From contig CAVZWW010000003.1 in NCBI GenBank assembly GCA_963779225.1, positions 1,503,835 to 1,567,834 of the forward strand: DNA of 64,000 nt, in the 5' to 3' direction. The notes beneath the pieces are model-generated. The model was not told where the DNA came from. It made no database searches and was given only the letters and a program-made list of their open reading frames with translations. Below, piece by piece: positions 63,315 through 64,000 of the stretch (positions are counted from its first letter, which is position 1; each line of letters opens with the position of its first letter). A program made the translations under genes and the position numbers. Origin of the DNA: an uncultured Bacteroidota bacterium. GTDB taxonomy: Bacteria; Bacteroidota; Ignavibacteria; UBA10030; UBA6906.

Positions 63315-64000
63315 ACAATCCACTCGTTGAGCGGCTTGCGGAGCTTCTGCAGCAGGTAACGGGGTTCATCTACCCGAACGAGGTGGAGATTCACTGGTCG
63401 ATCCTCGTCGTGGTCTATCCGTATCTGACCGGTCTTGTTGCCGGAGCGTTCATCCTTGCCTCCCTGGTCAAAGTGTTTAACGTCAAGGAAGTCCAGTCGG
63501 TGTACCGTCTGGCGATGCTCACTGCGCTGGCGTTTTTGTTGATCGCGCCTCTCCCGCTCCTGATACACCTCGGGCATCCCGGGCGATCCTATGAAATCTT
63601 TCTGAACCCGAATTTTACGTCAGCCATGGCCATGTTCGGGTTTGTCTATGCCTGGTACCTGATGATGGTTCTCCTTCTGGAGATCTGGTTCACGTACAGA
63701 AAGGAACTGGTGGTCTGGTCCCAGGAAAAACCGGTGCCCCTGCGGTGGCTCTACCGTGTCCTGGCGCTCTTTTCCCGGGAAACCAGCCCCGCCTCGGTGA
63801 CGTTCGACAAGAAAATGGTGAAGGCTATCACCATTATCGGCATTCCTTCGGCGTTCCTCCTCCACGGATACGTCGGTTTCATCTTCGGTTCGATCAAGGC
63901 CAATCCCTGGTGGAGCAGCGTGCTGATGCCCATCGTCTTCCTTTTCTCCGCCATCGTGTCGGGTATCGCCCTTGTCATTATGCTCTATATGGTGATGACG
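63311..64000 (+). CDS. NrfD/PsrC-like polytopic quinone-interacting membrane subunit, 3' partial (runs off the window)
   Basis: The ATGA start overlaps the FeS-subunit stop. The frame stays open to nt 64000 and encodes hydrophobic helices (LVVVYPYLTGLVAGAFILASL, LAMLTALAFLLIAPLPLL...). Confidence 0.7.
   Translation, partial: MNNPLVERLAELLQQVTGFIYPNEVEIHWSILVVVYPYLTGLVAGAFILASLVKVFNVKEVQSVYRLAMLTALAFLLIAPLPLLIHLGHPGRSYEIFLNPNFTSAMAMFGFVYAWYLMMVLLLEIWFTYRKELVVWSQEKPVPLRWLYRVLALFSRETSPASVTFDKKMVKAITIIGIPSAFLLHGYVGFIFGSIKANPWWSSVLMPIVFLFSAIVSGIALVIMLYMVMT

Noticed and set aside
1-64000. CRISPR arrays, IS elements, integrases or other mobile elements
   Set aside because: No regularly spaced direct repeats of 24-48 bp and no transposase or recombinase-like ORFs were found. 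The only tandem repeats are the 12-bp x3 promoter-region repeats and the 45-bp in-frame repeat in the macA-like gene.

Overview
This 64-kb window is GC-rich (roughly 60% or more, judged by eye) and gene-dense. It appears to come from a bacterium with a type IX secretion system (T9SS), for two reasons. Four predicted secreted proteins end in canonical T9SS C-terminal sorting domains, and a PorV/PorQ-family outer-membrane barrel is present.

The core is a ~38-kb co-directional plus-strand glycan-utilisation array (10172-47815). It contains galT and galM, two lipoproteins, a TonB-dependent receptor, T9SS cargo proteins, a PorV-like barrel, three paralogous GH63/GH37-like (alpha/alpha)6 enzymes, a secreted protein fused or adjacent to an FGE-sulfatase-domain protein, a DUF2961/GH172-like protein, a large GATase1-like plus GDE_C-like protein, a LacI-family regulator, rbsK, two URO-D-like proteins, a GH31 and rbsD. 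A convergent minus-strand operon (48014-56124) encodes a third URO-D-like protein, a GH3 with a PA14 insert, a GH38 alpha-mannosidase and a Na+/solute symporter. A perfect LacI-type palindrome (TGATGTTAGCGCTAACATCA, core TGTTAGCGCTAACA) occurs three times, ahead of galT, ahead of the T9SS/TBDR operon, and abutting the start of the minus-strand operon. It plausibly defines one regulon under the LacI-family gene at 40659.

Upstream, a Na+/solute symporter, a DUF2911 protein and an SPFH-like gene precede a 1867-aa ORF. In that ORF a PLP aminotransferase-fold region is followed by what looks like a complete but motif-degenerate PEP-carboxylase-like domain. This is a candidate PEP to oxaloacetate to aspartate fusion enzyme, and I consider it the most unusual object in the window.

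Downstream lie a MacA/MacB-like efflux trio (the adaptor carries a 45-bp in-frame tandem repeat), a T9SS-sorted GH5-like hydrolase, and an octahaem cytochrome c / NrfC-like / NrfD-like quinone-linked redox module that runs off the window end. I saw no rRNA, tRNA, CRISPR array, transposase or integrase. All functional calls rest on motif recognition in the translated ORFs and genomic context only, with no database search.
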